This document shows, one piece after another, positions 49,925-60,960 of a stretch of DNA of 64,000 bases. Below the pieces are notes generated by a model that ran no database searches, was not told the origin of the DNA, and saw only the letters and a program-made list of their open reading frames with translations. The DNA is taken from positions 34,350,001 through 34,414,000 of the forward strand of contig NC_086109.1 of the NCBI RefSeq assembly GCF_963921235.1. Reading direction: 5' to 3'. Numbering within the stretch: the stretch's first letter is position 1; the number at the start of each line of letters is the position of its first letter. This DNA is from Mobula hypostoma (lineage: Eukaryota). The position numbers were made by a program, and so were the translations under genes.

Positions 49925-50698
49925 AGCAACACACATCAAAGTTGCTGGTGAACGCAGCAGGCCAGGCAGCATCTCTAGGAAGAGGTACAGTCGACGTTTC
50001 AGGCCAAGACCCTTCGTCAAGACTAACTGAAGGAAGAGCTAGTAAGAGTTTGTTTTGCTGAACACCTACGCTCTGTCCGCCAAAGAAAGCAGGATCTCTT
50101 AGTGGCCACACATTTTAATTCCACATCCCATTCCCATTCTGACATGTCTATCCATGGCCTCCTCTACTGTAAAGATGAAGCCACACTCAGGTTGGAGGAA
50201 CAACACCTTATATTCCGTCTGGGTAGTCTCCAACCTGATGGCATGAACATTGACTTCTCTAACTTCTGCTAATGCCCCACCTCCCCCTTGTACTCCATCC
50301 GTTATTTATTTATATACACACATTCTTTCTCTCACTCTCCTTTTTCTCCCTCTGTCCCTCTGACTATACCCCTTGCCCATCCTCTGGGTTTCCCCCCCCC
50401 TTTTCCTTCTCCCTGGGCCTCCTGTCCCATGATCCTCTCGTATCCCTTTTGCCAATCACCTGTCCAGCTCTCGGCTCCATCCCTCCCCCTCCTGTCTTCT
50501 CCTATCATTTTGGATCTCCCCCTCCCTCTCCCCCTCTCAAATCTCTTACTCACTCTCCTTCAGTTAGTCCTGACGAAGGGTCTCGGCCTGAAACGTCGAC
50601 TGTACCTCTTCCTACAGATGCTGCCTGGCCTGCTGCGTTCACCAGCAACTTTGATGCGTGTTGCTTGAAATTCCAGCATCTGCAGAATTCCTGGTGGT
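49925..50698. mobile_element. Penelope-like element: inverted pLTR arm, GIY-YIG 3' end and forward pLTR
   Basis: Inverted arm 49925-50048. The forward part encodes FAEHLRSVRQ...VATHFN...LEEQHLIFRLGSLQPDGMN, followed by the pLTR. TSD ttaactcagaacta (49912-49925) / ttaacttagaacta (50698-50711). Confidence 0.88.
50565..50602 (+). ncRNA. Minimal type-I hammerhead ribozyme motif, intact core
   Basis: tagtc-CTGACGA-aggGTCTCGGcct-GAAA-cg-TC^gactg. Stem I tagtc/gactg, stem II agg/cct, palindromic ACGT in place of stem III. Predicted cleavage after 50597. Confidence 0.75.
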
Positions 50699-51419
50699 TA
50701 ACTTAGAACTAATTACTCTACCTACTGAACTGTTCTGTCTCAGTTTCTGCAAGTTTTAAACACAGTGTAAGATCATGTTCTACCACTGAAAAATGTGACC
50801 TTTGACTTCTGCTCTGTACCTTGTGGCCATCCATTTACTGAGTGAAAACCTGACTGACTACTCCCTTTTTCTTTGTTTCTGTGCTGAAACATTGTACCAT
50901 GAACCTATTTTTCAACCTTATCTCTCTCATTCCTTTGATGGCCCAACTGATGCAGATATTGTCTAGGTTATACCGATGAGTAATTTGAATTTTCTGTTCT
51001 ATAACTTTTACAAGAAGTTAAAATAAGAAGGTTTATGCTTCTGGGTCAGGATGCTTTAGACTTGTGGGGACTCTTAGTTGGTGATATTTTGGTGTGCCTG
51101 CTGCCATTGTCCTTCTCAATGGAAGGTGTTCTACTTTTGGAGATGTTATCTTAAATTTCACTGTGGAGTTGCTGCAGATTACCTTGTAGATGGTGCACAT
51201 TGTTACAAGGTGTGTTGGCAGTGGAGGGAGTGAATGATAAAGGTGGCTATGTAGTGTTAGTCACACAGCTTTCTGGATAATGAAATGTTTAAATAGTTGC
51301 CATTGCTTGAAGGCCTAACACAGCTGTTTCACATACTCTCAAATACTAGGAGTTGGTTTAAATATGTCGGAGCTATGGAGGCCTTGTGTTGTCAAGGCAC
51401 TGATGGAAGATTTACACTG

Positions 51420-51603
51420 CAGACATCCCACCCTGCAAAAGCTCATTTCAGGGAGATAGCACCATCACTTCAGGGAGGTAGCACCTCCACTCCCTGCAAC
51501 CCCATATCCCACCCCCCCAGTCGATCTCCAAGGGCCCATGTATACGGGACATTTGATTATGAAAGAACACAACAATTTATTTGACACATATTGAAACTAT
51601 TTA

Positions 51604-51644
<41 letters not shown>

Positions 51645-52562
51645 TATATATATTCCTTGTTGAATATTTTGTTGGCAATCTCAATGCTAATGCAAATAGC
51701 TTTTCTATTTCTTTTGCAAACTTTCCTTGTACGGTGATGTGGCTCTGCTGAAAAGAACTGTGAAATACTTGAGCAGCCTTCCCTGCGATTAGCCTCCCTA
51801 ATATGTTGTGGTCCCTAAAAGAAATAAAAGCATAAGGTGTATCCTTATTATATTGTCTTATGTAATACTTTGTTTAGTGATTTTGTCTAATCTGCAAACC
51901 AGTCTGTAATCTGTAAACTGGGTATATGCAGAAAATGTGACATTAAAATACAGTATGTACTTGTATATTATCATAGAGTCATTTTTTAATTCTATTACAA
52001 CTTTAAGCACGTCTACAGGGAGTTTGGCCTCATCACGTAGGACATCAATAGAGTAGCTCCTTAGCAGCTAGCCAGCTAGTTTAAATACGTTAGCTATGCT
52101 AATGAACGACTGACACCTGTTAAACTCACCTCAACATGTCTTTTACAGTCCTAACCCACCATGGGCGATAGAAAAGTCACTGCTGCAGATGGTGCAGTGA
52201 GCAACACTGTCATTATTTTTGACCCCTATTAGGCAGGGGCACACTTTAGTGTAGTCTGGGGTAAAGTGCGTTTTATATATTTTTTTGAAGCACTCTGCCA
52301 CGGTGGTGCAGGACATGAAACTGAACTGATGGAGAGACAGAGGTCGACTGTAAAGCCCGCCCACACAGAAAACTGATAGGTCTACCTAGCACAAAGAGAC
52401 CATTCAGGATGCTCGCTCTCGATCTCTCTCCCGTTCTCGCTCCCGTTGTCGCTCTCCCTCTCCCTCTCACTTCCGGGATATTGTATATAATTTGTGGGCG
52501 TCAGGGAGCTGCTATTAATATGCCGGAGACTCCCGGAACTTCCAGGAGCGGTGGGATGTCTG
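51420..52562 (-). mobile_element. hAT-like non-autonomous DNA transposon with 6-bp TSD
   Basis: Perfect 13-bp TIR CAGACATCCCACC and flanking direct repeat ACACTG (51414-51419, 52563-52568). BED-finger-like remnant AHCTICSSDFSIAHGG on the - strand. Internal (AC)n run at ~51603-51640. Confidence 0.8.
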
Positions 52563-53319
52563 ACACTGAGTCATGAGCACCCAGATTCTGGGCTACGTCA
52601 GTGAACACCTTACTAGCAGAGGTGAGGTGTCACATGATGAAGAGGCAAGTACCCTCTGTGACAAGGTTGCAGCTCATGTATCTCTGAATGAAAAAGGTAT
52701 TGTTGTTCAGAGAGCCAAGGTGGGGAAAGCAAGCAAGGCACACATAAGTCACCTGCGACTCGTAAATCAGGGCAGTATGTGCTGAGAGGTGGGTTTGGAG
52801 AAGGTGGATGAATAACGCTGGTACTATTATTTTGATTATTTATGCCCTGTTTTTGGCAAAGTGTGTATCAGTAATAGCCAACCCTACACTCTCTTTGGGA
52901 ACTGGAATGTGGTGGTAGATTGCCTACATATTTCTTACAGATAGAAGGAGGCCATAGAGTCTGTGTTGGCTCACAGGACAAATGCATGCCCCACCTATTT
53001 CCCTTGTATACATTTATCTCACACATATACTGTACAGTATCCTTTACCACTTCCCTGTTTCTCTGATATGCAGTTGGGACAATTTACACTAGCTACTTCA
53101 CCTAGCTAAACAGTTTGCTAAACTTTGAGATTTGGGAAGAAATAGAGTAGGGGAGAATGAGCAAAGTTCACACAGAAAGCCCTGGGGATCAGAATCAAAC
53201 CTGGGTCTCTGGAGCTATGAGTCCACTGAACTACCTGCTCTGTTACTCTGTTCCCTTTTAAGTCCCTTTTAAATGAAGGCTGACTCTGAGTAATGCAAGC
53301 TAGGTTTAGGCACTGATAG

Positions 53320-54578
53320 TCACTCACTGCATGGTAGGTCATGTCCAACCGATCTTAAGAGCTCTTCTAGGAAGTTACCAGGAAAGTGAATGAAGGCAAG
53401 GCAATGGACGTGTCTGCATGGACTTTAGTAAAGCATTTGACAAGGTCCCGCATGGGAGGCTGGTCAAGAAAGTTCAGTCACTCGGTATTCAGGATGAGGT
53501 AGTAAATTAGAGGTTAGCTTTGTAGGAGAAGCCAGAGAGTGGTAATAGAGGGTTACTTCTCTGACTGGAGTCCTGTGACTAGTGGTGTGCTGTGGGAATC
53601 GGTGCTGGGTCCTTTGTTGTTTGTCTTCTAGTTCAGTTATCAGGGTGATAATGTGATTAATTGGGTCAGCAAATTTGCGGAAGACGCCAAGATTGGGGGT
53701 GTAGTGGACGGCGAGGAAGGCCATTGCAGAGGGATCTGCATCAGCTGGAAAAATGGGCTGAAAAATGGCAATTTAATACAGAAAAGTGCAAGGCTTTGCA
53801 CTTCACTAGGACTAACCAGGGTAGGTCTTACACAGTGAACGGTAGGGCACTGAGGAGTGTGGTAGAACAAGGGATCTGGAAATACATGTACCTAATTCAT
53901 TGAAAGTGGCGTCACAGGTAGAGAGGGTCATAAAGAAACCTTTTGGCACATTGGCCTTCATAAACCAATGTATTGAGTACCACAGATGGGATGTTATGTT
54001 GAAGTTTTATAAGACATTGGTGAGGCCTAATTTGGAGTATTGTGTGCAGTTTTGGCCATCTACCAACAGAAAAGATGTAAACAAGCTTGAGAGAGTACAG
54101 AGAAAATTTAGAAGGATGTTGCCAGGTCTGGAGGACCTGAGTTATAGGGGAAGATTGAATAAGTTAGGACTGTATTCTTTAGAACATAGAAGATTGAGAG
54201 ATTTGATAAAGTTATACTAAATTATGAGGGTTATAGACAGGGCAGATTCAAGCAGGATTTTTCCATTGAGGTTGGCTGGGAGTTAAACCAGAGGTCATGG
54301 CTTAAGGGTGAAAGGTGAGAACTTTAAGGGGAACATGAGGGGAAATTTCTTCACTCAGAGAGTCGTGAATGTGGAATAAGCTGTCAATACAAGTGGTGCA
54401 TGCAAACTCAATTTGAATGTTTAAGAGGAGTTTGGATAGATACATGGATAGTAGGGATATGGAGGGCAGTGGTCCAGGTGCAGGTTGATGGGAGTAGGCA
54501 GTTTAAATGGTTTTGACATGGACTAGATGGGCCAAAGGGCCTGTTTCTGTGCTGTACTTCCCCATGACTCTGTGACTG
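53320..54578 (+). mobile_element. CR1 LINE 3' fragment, decayed
   Basis: DFSKAFDKV, VSKFAEDAKIGG and YKTLVRPNLEYCVQFW. The 3'UTR closely resembles 15817-15930. Confidence 0.85.
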
Positions 54579-55207
54579 TTTTGAACTCCCCTCAATCAAA
54601 CAAGGGATTAGTGCTGAAAATTCAACAAACGACAGGCACTAGAAAGTTGAAGTGAAAGCGGAAAGTGTTGAAAAACTCAGCAGGGTCAGCAGTATCTGTG
54701 GAAAGAGAACTATAGTTCACATTTCAAGTCCAACAACCTGTGTCAAAGCTGAACATGACATTGAACTCTTCTCTGCCATGTCTGTTCTTTGCTTTTTCTT
54801 TGGCTAGAAATCTGCACTCCAGAATCCCTTAATCCAGAAGGACTACTCCCTGGGGCTTCCTGTCACCTCTTGCCACATTCTTTGCTAACTGCCGATTAAA
54901 CATTGACACCGTAACTTTTCCACCATCCTTATTTTGCTCCAACTTACGCCCTGAAGTAAAAACAGAAAATGCTGGAAACACTTAACTAGTCCGACGGTGC
55001 CTGCAGAATTAATATTGAAGGTCCAAGCCCCTTCATCACAGGGACCAGTTTTGACCAGGAGTGACAATCATCATGAATTGTAGGAACACAGTGCTGATGT
55101 ACAACTTGCATTGTACTAAGTGACATCAATTCATTGACTTCAATTCAAAATTAATTTAATTTAATGCCAGGCTTGTCTAAGGACTCTTGTACAAAAAGGC
55201 TTTGTAC

Positions 55208-55208
<1 letters not shown>

Positions 55209-55243
<35 letters not shown>

Positions 55244-55255
55244 TGTGTGTGTGTG

Positions 55256-55293
<38 letters not shown>

Positions 55294-55553
55294 TTAACTC
55301 CTGGTGGAGTCATCGGGGCGCCGTCATGACAAGCTTTTTGCACTGATCTTTTGGTGATTGCTCATTGTACGGCGTGTCTTGGGCATCTGAAACCTGGCGG
55401 AGCCCATCCCTCTTCAGGTTTTTTTTTTACGAGGCCGAGTTGCTAGCTCGACACTCAACCCAGGCATGGATGGAAAGTGTGCAAGGGAGCCGGCTGGATT
55501 CGAACTCAGGACTTCTCGCCAAGTCCGGCACTGATGCTGCTACGCCACCAGCC
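55209..55553 (-). mobile_element. tRNA-headed SINE with (CA)n tail
   Basis: The - strand starts GGCTGGTGGCGTAGCAG (A-box-like), has GAGTTCGAATCC (B box) and ends in (CA)n at 55209-55290. Possible TSD gtact (55204-55208, 55554-55558). Confidence 0.75.
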
Positions 55554-55741
55554 GTACTGTGTGGAGGCACAATTGTTCTAAAGTTCTTGAAAACAATTAA
55601 TTGTTGGGATATAGATTGCTATGGGAGGTTTAATGCAATTTCTATGGTATTTAAAGTCATTATAAACCTTCGACTGTTAAATTGATTGTAGATGACGAGA
55701 AACATTGACCCACTCAACTTTCCCCTCTTTTCTTTTTGCAG

Positions 55742-55828
55742 CATGCAGCGGAGCTGGAACAGAAGCAGAATGAAACAGAAAATAAGAAAGTGCACGGAGA
55801 GGTGATAAAATATGGCAGTGTCGTGCAG
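55742..55828 (+). CDS. ITPR3: Inositol 1,4,5-trisphosphate receptor type 3, coding exon (equivalent to human exon 4), 87 bp
   Basis: Acceptor ttttctttttgcag, donor CAG|gtatga, phase 0-0 and in frame with the 48142-48263 exon. Translates [34 protein letters not shown] and KYGSV distinguish ITPR3 from ITPR1/2. Confidence 0.93.
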
Positions 55829-55904
55829 GTATGAACCAACGATAATTAATGCATGCATTTACATAGCACCTTGAGCGTGAGGAAACATGGCGGAAAGAAA
55901 ATAA

Positions 55905-56077
55905 AAACAACAGGAATTCTGCAGATGCTGGAAATTCAAGCAACACACATCAAAGTTGCTGGTGAACGCAGCAGGCCAAGCAGCATCTGTAGGAAGAGGC
56001 GCAGTCGACGTTTCAGGCCGAGACCCTTCGTCATGACGAAGGGTCTCGGCCTGAAACGTCGACTGCGCCTCTTCCTT
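55905..56077. mobile_element. Minimal Penelope-like pLTR insertion forming a perfect palindrome
   Basis: Arms 55991-56033 and 56034-56076 are exact reverse complements. Perfect 14-bp TSD cggaaagaaaataa (55891-55904, 56078-56091). Confidence 0.88.
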
Positions 56078-58742
56078 CGGAAAGAAAATAAGTTAACGCC
56101 AAACAGAAGACGGGCTGTTTGAAAGAATTAACATATTTGCAATAAAGATGTGAGTTAACAAGGCTAATAAGATGAAAGGTGGAGGATTTTTTTCGGGAAC
56201 ACCTAGTTGCCGACTTCACTGACAGCACAGCAATACTGACAGGAAAAGAGGGATTGACGTACACAAAGTAAGCTCCCTGGAACAGAGATTTTGGGGCAGG
56301 GTGCGTAAGGGTTAAGGTTGTGGATATTCAGAGAGAGAAACCAAACCAAGGAAATTTTAAATCCCAGGATGTAAATGTAAAGTTCAGGTACTGGAGACTT
56401 GAAAGGCAATTCAGCCTATAAGACCGCAATGATGAACTACAGGACCAGGTACAAGAAAGTGCTTAAAGATGGCATATTGGGTGTGATAATGTTTATGTTG
56501 AGTTACTGCTGGATAGTAAGGGACAGGGATGTTAGAAGCTCAGGAACGGAAACAGTATGAAGGCAGGACACAAGGTAGATGTTACTACCGAAGTGGAAAT
56601 AAGGAATCTTTTGGTGGAGTGGATGTGGGGTTATGGTTAAGTATATTTTAAACTTTGACGTTATAGTGGAGGATGGAGTTAGAGTCAGAGAAAAGTCAGT
56701 CTGGCAAAAGTTGATTAAATGTTTAGTTATCTTAATGTAAATCTGCCTCATCCAAGATTGGTGCCTGACAAAGAGATTGATCATGCAGAGGCATTGTAGA
56801 AAGTGTGAGACAGAGCAGAGGGTTGGAGCTAGATGTTACCAAGGCTCATATGAAAGAAATAGATGTAAGTGTCTGCTGTTACTGTGAGCTTGAACATGCA
56901 AAGAGGGTGGGGGTGAATCTTGGAATTACATTTTGCATTTCTGAAGATGGATTACCTTTGCTAGTTTCAGAGGAGGAGAAGGGGAGAGGGAGAGAGACAG
57001 ACAGAGACACAAAGAAAGTGTGTGAGACACAGATAGAGACAGAGACTGTGCCTGAGAAGAAGGAATAGTTTATGAGTCATTAGACCTAGAACATGATAAG
57101 ATAGACCTGATGGGAATTGGGTTCAATGGCAGTAATAATGATGTCTTGAGGCAAAGATTTTTACCAGAAAAATATGGAAAATCAAAATCAAAATTGGAGA
57201 CAGGTGCAAGGTGGAAGAAGGTCTGCAGCAGTTTTTTTTATGCAGACCATGTTAAAGTGCAGATGACTATTTGAATATTCTCTTTTGACAGAAAAAAAAC
57301 CTTTATCAGTCAAAGGAAAGACAGTGGTTCAGGTTTTTAAGAAGTATTTGAGAATGAAATATTGAAACTGGGATTACCTTTGCACTTCGTAACGTCCTGG
57401 GCACTGATTTGCAAAGAAAAGTGTGATCCAGCACATTTTAATATGGTTCAGTTTCTTAACAAAACAGTTGCTGAGCTGTGACATTTAACTCATTGGGTTG
57501 TGAAGAGATTTCAGCATTGGGTGCCTGAAGGAAGATTCAGGTCCGATTCTCAAGCAATTCTGCTCTGCTCTCTCAGCACTGTTTTGTAATGGTCAGTTGG
57601 TGAATACTTATTAATGTCTGGGATGCATTAAAATATTTATAGAGGCTGTTCCTATTGTCAGATTACAGTTTGGCATTTATATGTATAATCCTGTGATGTA
57701 AGTGCAAAATTAGACCTATATATTCTAAAGTTCAAAAGTTCGAAGTAAATTTATTATCAAAGTACCTACAACATATACAACCCTGAGATACATTTTCCTG
57801 AGAGTATACTCAATAAATCTATAGAATAATAACCATAACAGAGTCAACGAAAGACTGCATTAACTTGAGCATTCAACCATTGTGCAGAAGATAACAAACT
57901 GTGGAAATACAAAAGGAAATAAATAATAATAATAATAATAAATAAAAGAGCAATAAATATCAAGAACCAGAGATGAAGAGTCCTTGAAAGTGGGAACATT
58001 TCATGATGATGCAAGTTATCCCTGTTGATTCAAGAGGGTGTGCGCAATGGTGGGGAGGGCTTTACCCATGATGGACTGGGCCGTATCCACTGCTGTTTGA
58101 TGGATTTTCTGTTCAAGGGTATTGGTATGGTAATACCAATTCTGTGAAATTTTATGATAAATCAGCAATGACTTAGAGGAGTGTCAGTAGATTACACAGG
58201 GCTTATTAATATGTGGAATGCTCGTTTTTCTTACTTCACAGTGCTTTGTATAAGAATGTCTATTCGCAGTTAGTAGCAGAATTCCTGATTATAGATATAA
58301 CCGCCAGGAATCTTATTTACCAGCATTTTCCATGCTTTTGAAGCTGGCTTCCAGCTGGATCTGCAGGATTGAGGAATCATCTGTACATGCTTTTCCTGCT
58401 CAATATTGTTTCCCCAGAAGTTCATTGACCTCTCTTGACCCTTGATGCTTCTTCTTCTCAATGGGGTAAGATTACTGTGCCCAAGTCTGACTAATCCTGA
58501 TCTTTTGGATGTAAAATGACAATATTGAAATCCCATTCAAACATTTTGACATTTATAGCTGCCGAATGTCACCTGGAAGATAGGTGACTGGTAGTAATAA
58601 TATTTTTCCAAAGCAGGATTTATAAAATGCAACAAAAATTAAGATAAACAACAGGAATTCTGCAGATGCTGTAAATTCAAGCAACACACATCAAAGTTGC
58701 TGGTGAACGCAGCAGGCCAGGCAGCATCTGTAGGAAGAGGTG

Positions 58743-58780
58743 CAGTCGACGTTTCAGGCCGAGACCCTTCTTCAGGACTA
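58743..58780 (-). ncRNA. Minimal type-I hammerhead ribozyme motif, intact core
   Basis: The - strand reads tagtc-CTGAAGA-aggGTCTCGGcct-GAAA-cg-TC^gactg. Confidence 0.72.
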
Positions 58781-59093
58781 ACTGAAGGAAGAGTGAGTAA
58801 GGGATTTGAAAGTTGGAGGGGGAGGGGGAGATCCAAAATGGTAGGAGAAGACAGGAGGGGGAGGGATGGAGCCAAGAGCTGGACAGGTGATAGGCAAAAG
58901 GGGATACGAGAGGATCATGGGACAGGAGGTCCGGGAAGAAAGACAAGGGGGGGGCGGGACCCAGAGGATGGGCAACAGGTATATTCAGAGGGACAGAGGG
59001 AGAAAAAGGAGAGTGAGAGAAAGAATGTGTGCATTAAAATAAGTAACAGATGGGGTACGAGGGGGAGGTGGGGCCTTAGCAGAAGTTAGAGAA

Positions 59094-59411
59094 CACTTCA
59101 CCTGTGAGTCGACTGGAGTGATATACTGCGTCCAGTGCTCCCGATGTGGCCTTTTATATATTGGCGAGACCCGATGCAGACTGGGAGACCGCTTTGCTGA
59201 ACATCTACGCTCTGTCCGCCAGAGAAAGCAGGATCTCCCAGTGGCCACACATTTTAATTCCACATCCCATTCCCATTCTGACATGTCTATCCATGGCCTC
59301 CTCTATGGTAAAGATGAAGCCACACTCAGGTTGGAGGAACAACACCTTATATTCCGTCTGGGTAGCCTCCAACCTGATGGCATGAACATCGACTTCTCTA
59401 ACTTCTGCTAA
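59094..59411 (+). pseudogene. GIY-YIG endonuclease domain of a 5'-truncated Penelope-like ORF
   Basis: HFTCESTGVIYCVQCSRCGLLYIGETRCRLGDRFAEH...VATHFN...EQHLIFRLGSLQPDGMN: a VIY-(CxxC)-YIG motif with conserved R, H, E and N. Confidence 0.88.
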
Positions 59412-59875
59412 GGCCTCACCTCCCCCTCGTACCCCATCTGTTACTTATTTTTATGCACACATTCTTTCTCTCACTCTCCTTTTTCTCCCTCTGTCCCTCT
59501 GAATATACCTCTTGCCCATCCTCTGGGTCCCCCCCCCTTGTCTTTCTTCCCGGACCTCCTGTCCCATGATCCTCTCGTATCCCCTTTTGCCTATCACCTG
59601 TCCAGCTCTTGGCTCTATCCCTCCCCCTCCAACTTTCAAATCCCTTACTCACTCTTCCTTCAGTTAGTCCTGACGAAGGGTCTCGGCCTGAAACATTGAC
59701 TGCACCTCTTCCTACAAAAATTAAGATAAACTTTTCAGAGGGATGGTCACTATCTTCTTTAAAAAAACAAGATGATTGCTTTCAGATATTTTCAAACTCA
59801 CTACATTTCTGCTCCTCTTAAATATTTCACTAAATTGTTCACATTCCTAAGCTCCGGAACCTGGACCTTTGCACT

Positions 59876-60960
59876 CAGATCTGCAGCTGGATCTTCAAAT
59901 TCCTCACAGACAGGATCCAGGCTGTAAAAATAGGGGACAAGCTCTCCTCTACAGTCACTCTGAGCACCGGTGCCCCACAAGGCTGTGTACTCAGCCCCCT
60001 GCTGTACTCACTGTACACCCATGATTGTGTAGCCAAGTTTCCATCTAACTCAATATATAAGTTTGCTGATGACACCACAATTGTAGGCTGTATCTCGGGT
60101 AATGATGAGTTTGCGTACAGAGAGGAAATTAAGAACCTAGTGGCATGGGGAAAGACAATAACCTATTCCTCAATGGAATTAGTTGTTGACTTCAGAAGGA
60201 GTAGCGGACTGCAGGACCAAATTTACATCGGTGGTGCGCAAGTGGAACAGGTCAAAAGCTTTAACTTCCTTAGGGTTAATATCACAAATGACCTGACTTG
60301 GTCCAACCAAGCAGAGTCTACTACCAAGAAGGCCCACCAGTGCCTTTACTTCCTGAGGAAGCTAAGGAAATTTGGCCTGTCCCCTAAAACCCTCACTAAC
60401 TTTTTATAGATGCACCGTAGAAAGCATTCTTCTGGGGTGCATCACAACCTGGTATGGAAGTTGTCCCGTCCAAGACCGGAAGAACCTGCAGAAGATCGTG
60501 AACACAGCCCAGCACATCACACAAACCAATCTTTCATCCTTGGACTCACTTTACACCGCACGCTGTCAGAGCAGTGCTGCCAGGATAATTAAGGACACGA
60601 CCCACCCAGCCAACACACTTTTCGTCCCTCTTCCCTCCGGGAGAAGGCTCAGGAGCTTGAAGACTCATACGGCCAGATTTGGGAACAAGCTTCTTTCCAA
60701 CTGTGATAAGACTGCTGAACGGATCGTGACCTGGATTTGGGCCATACCCTCCAAATATCCGGACCTGCCTCTCAGTTTTTTTGCACTACCTTACTTTCCC
60801 TTTTCTATTTTCTATTTATGATTTATAATTTAAATTTTTAATATTTACTAATGATTTGTACTCCAGGGAGCACGAAGAGCAGAATCAAATATCGCTGTGA
60901 TGAATGTACACTCTAGTATCAATTGTTTAGTGACAATAAAGTATAAGGTAAAGTAAAGTA
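59876..60960 (+). mobile_element. Rex1/Babar LINE 3' fragment
   Basis: [21 protein letters not shown]...[19 protein letters not shown] and an aataaagtataaggtaaagtaaagta tail. Confidence 0.88.

Larger units (their letters stand above)
58647..59716. mobile_element. Penelope-like element: inverted pLTR, GIY-YIG endonuclease region and forward pLTR
   Basis: Inverted arm 58647-59092 and forward arm 59090-59716. Flanking direct repeat acaaaaattaagataaac (58632-58649, 59714-59731), which includes end microhomologies. Confidence 0.9.

Noticed and set aside
55480..55553. tRNA-like A and B boxes
   Set aside because: This is a SINE head without a complete cloverleaf, so it is not called as a tRNA gene.
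57946..57960. aagagcaataaatat translates KSNKY, like the next ITPR3 exon (LLHMKSNKYLTV)
   Set aside because: The flanks do not match, there is no splice acceptor, and it lies in a Rex-like 3'UTR remnant similar to ~32160-32260.
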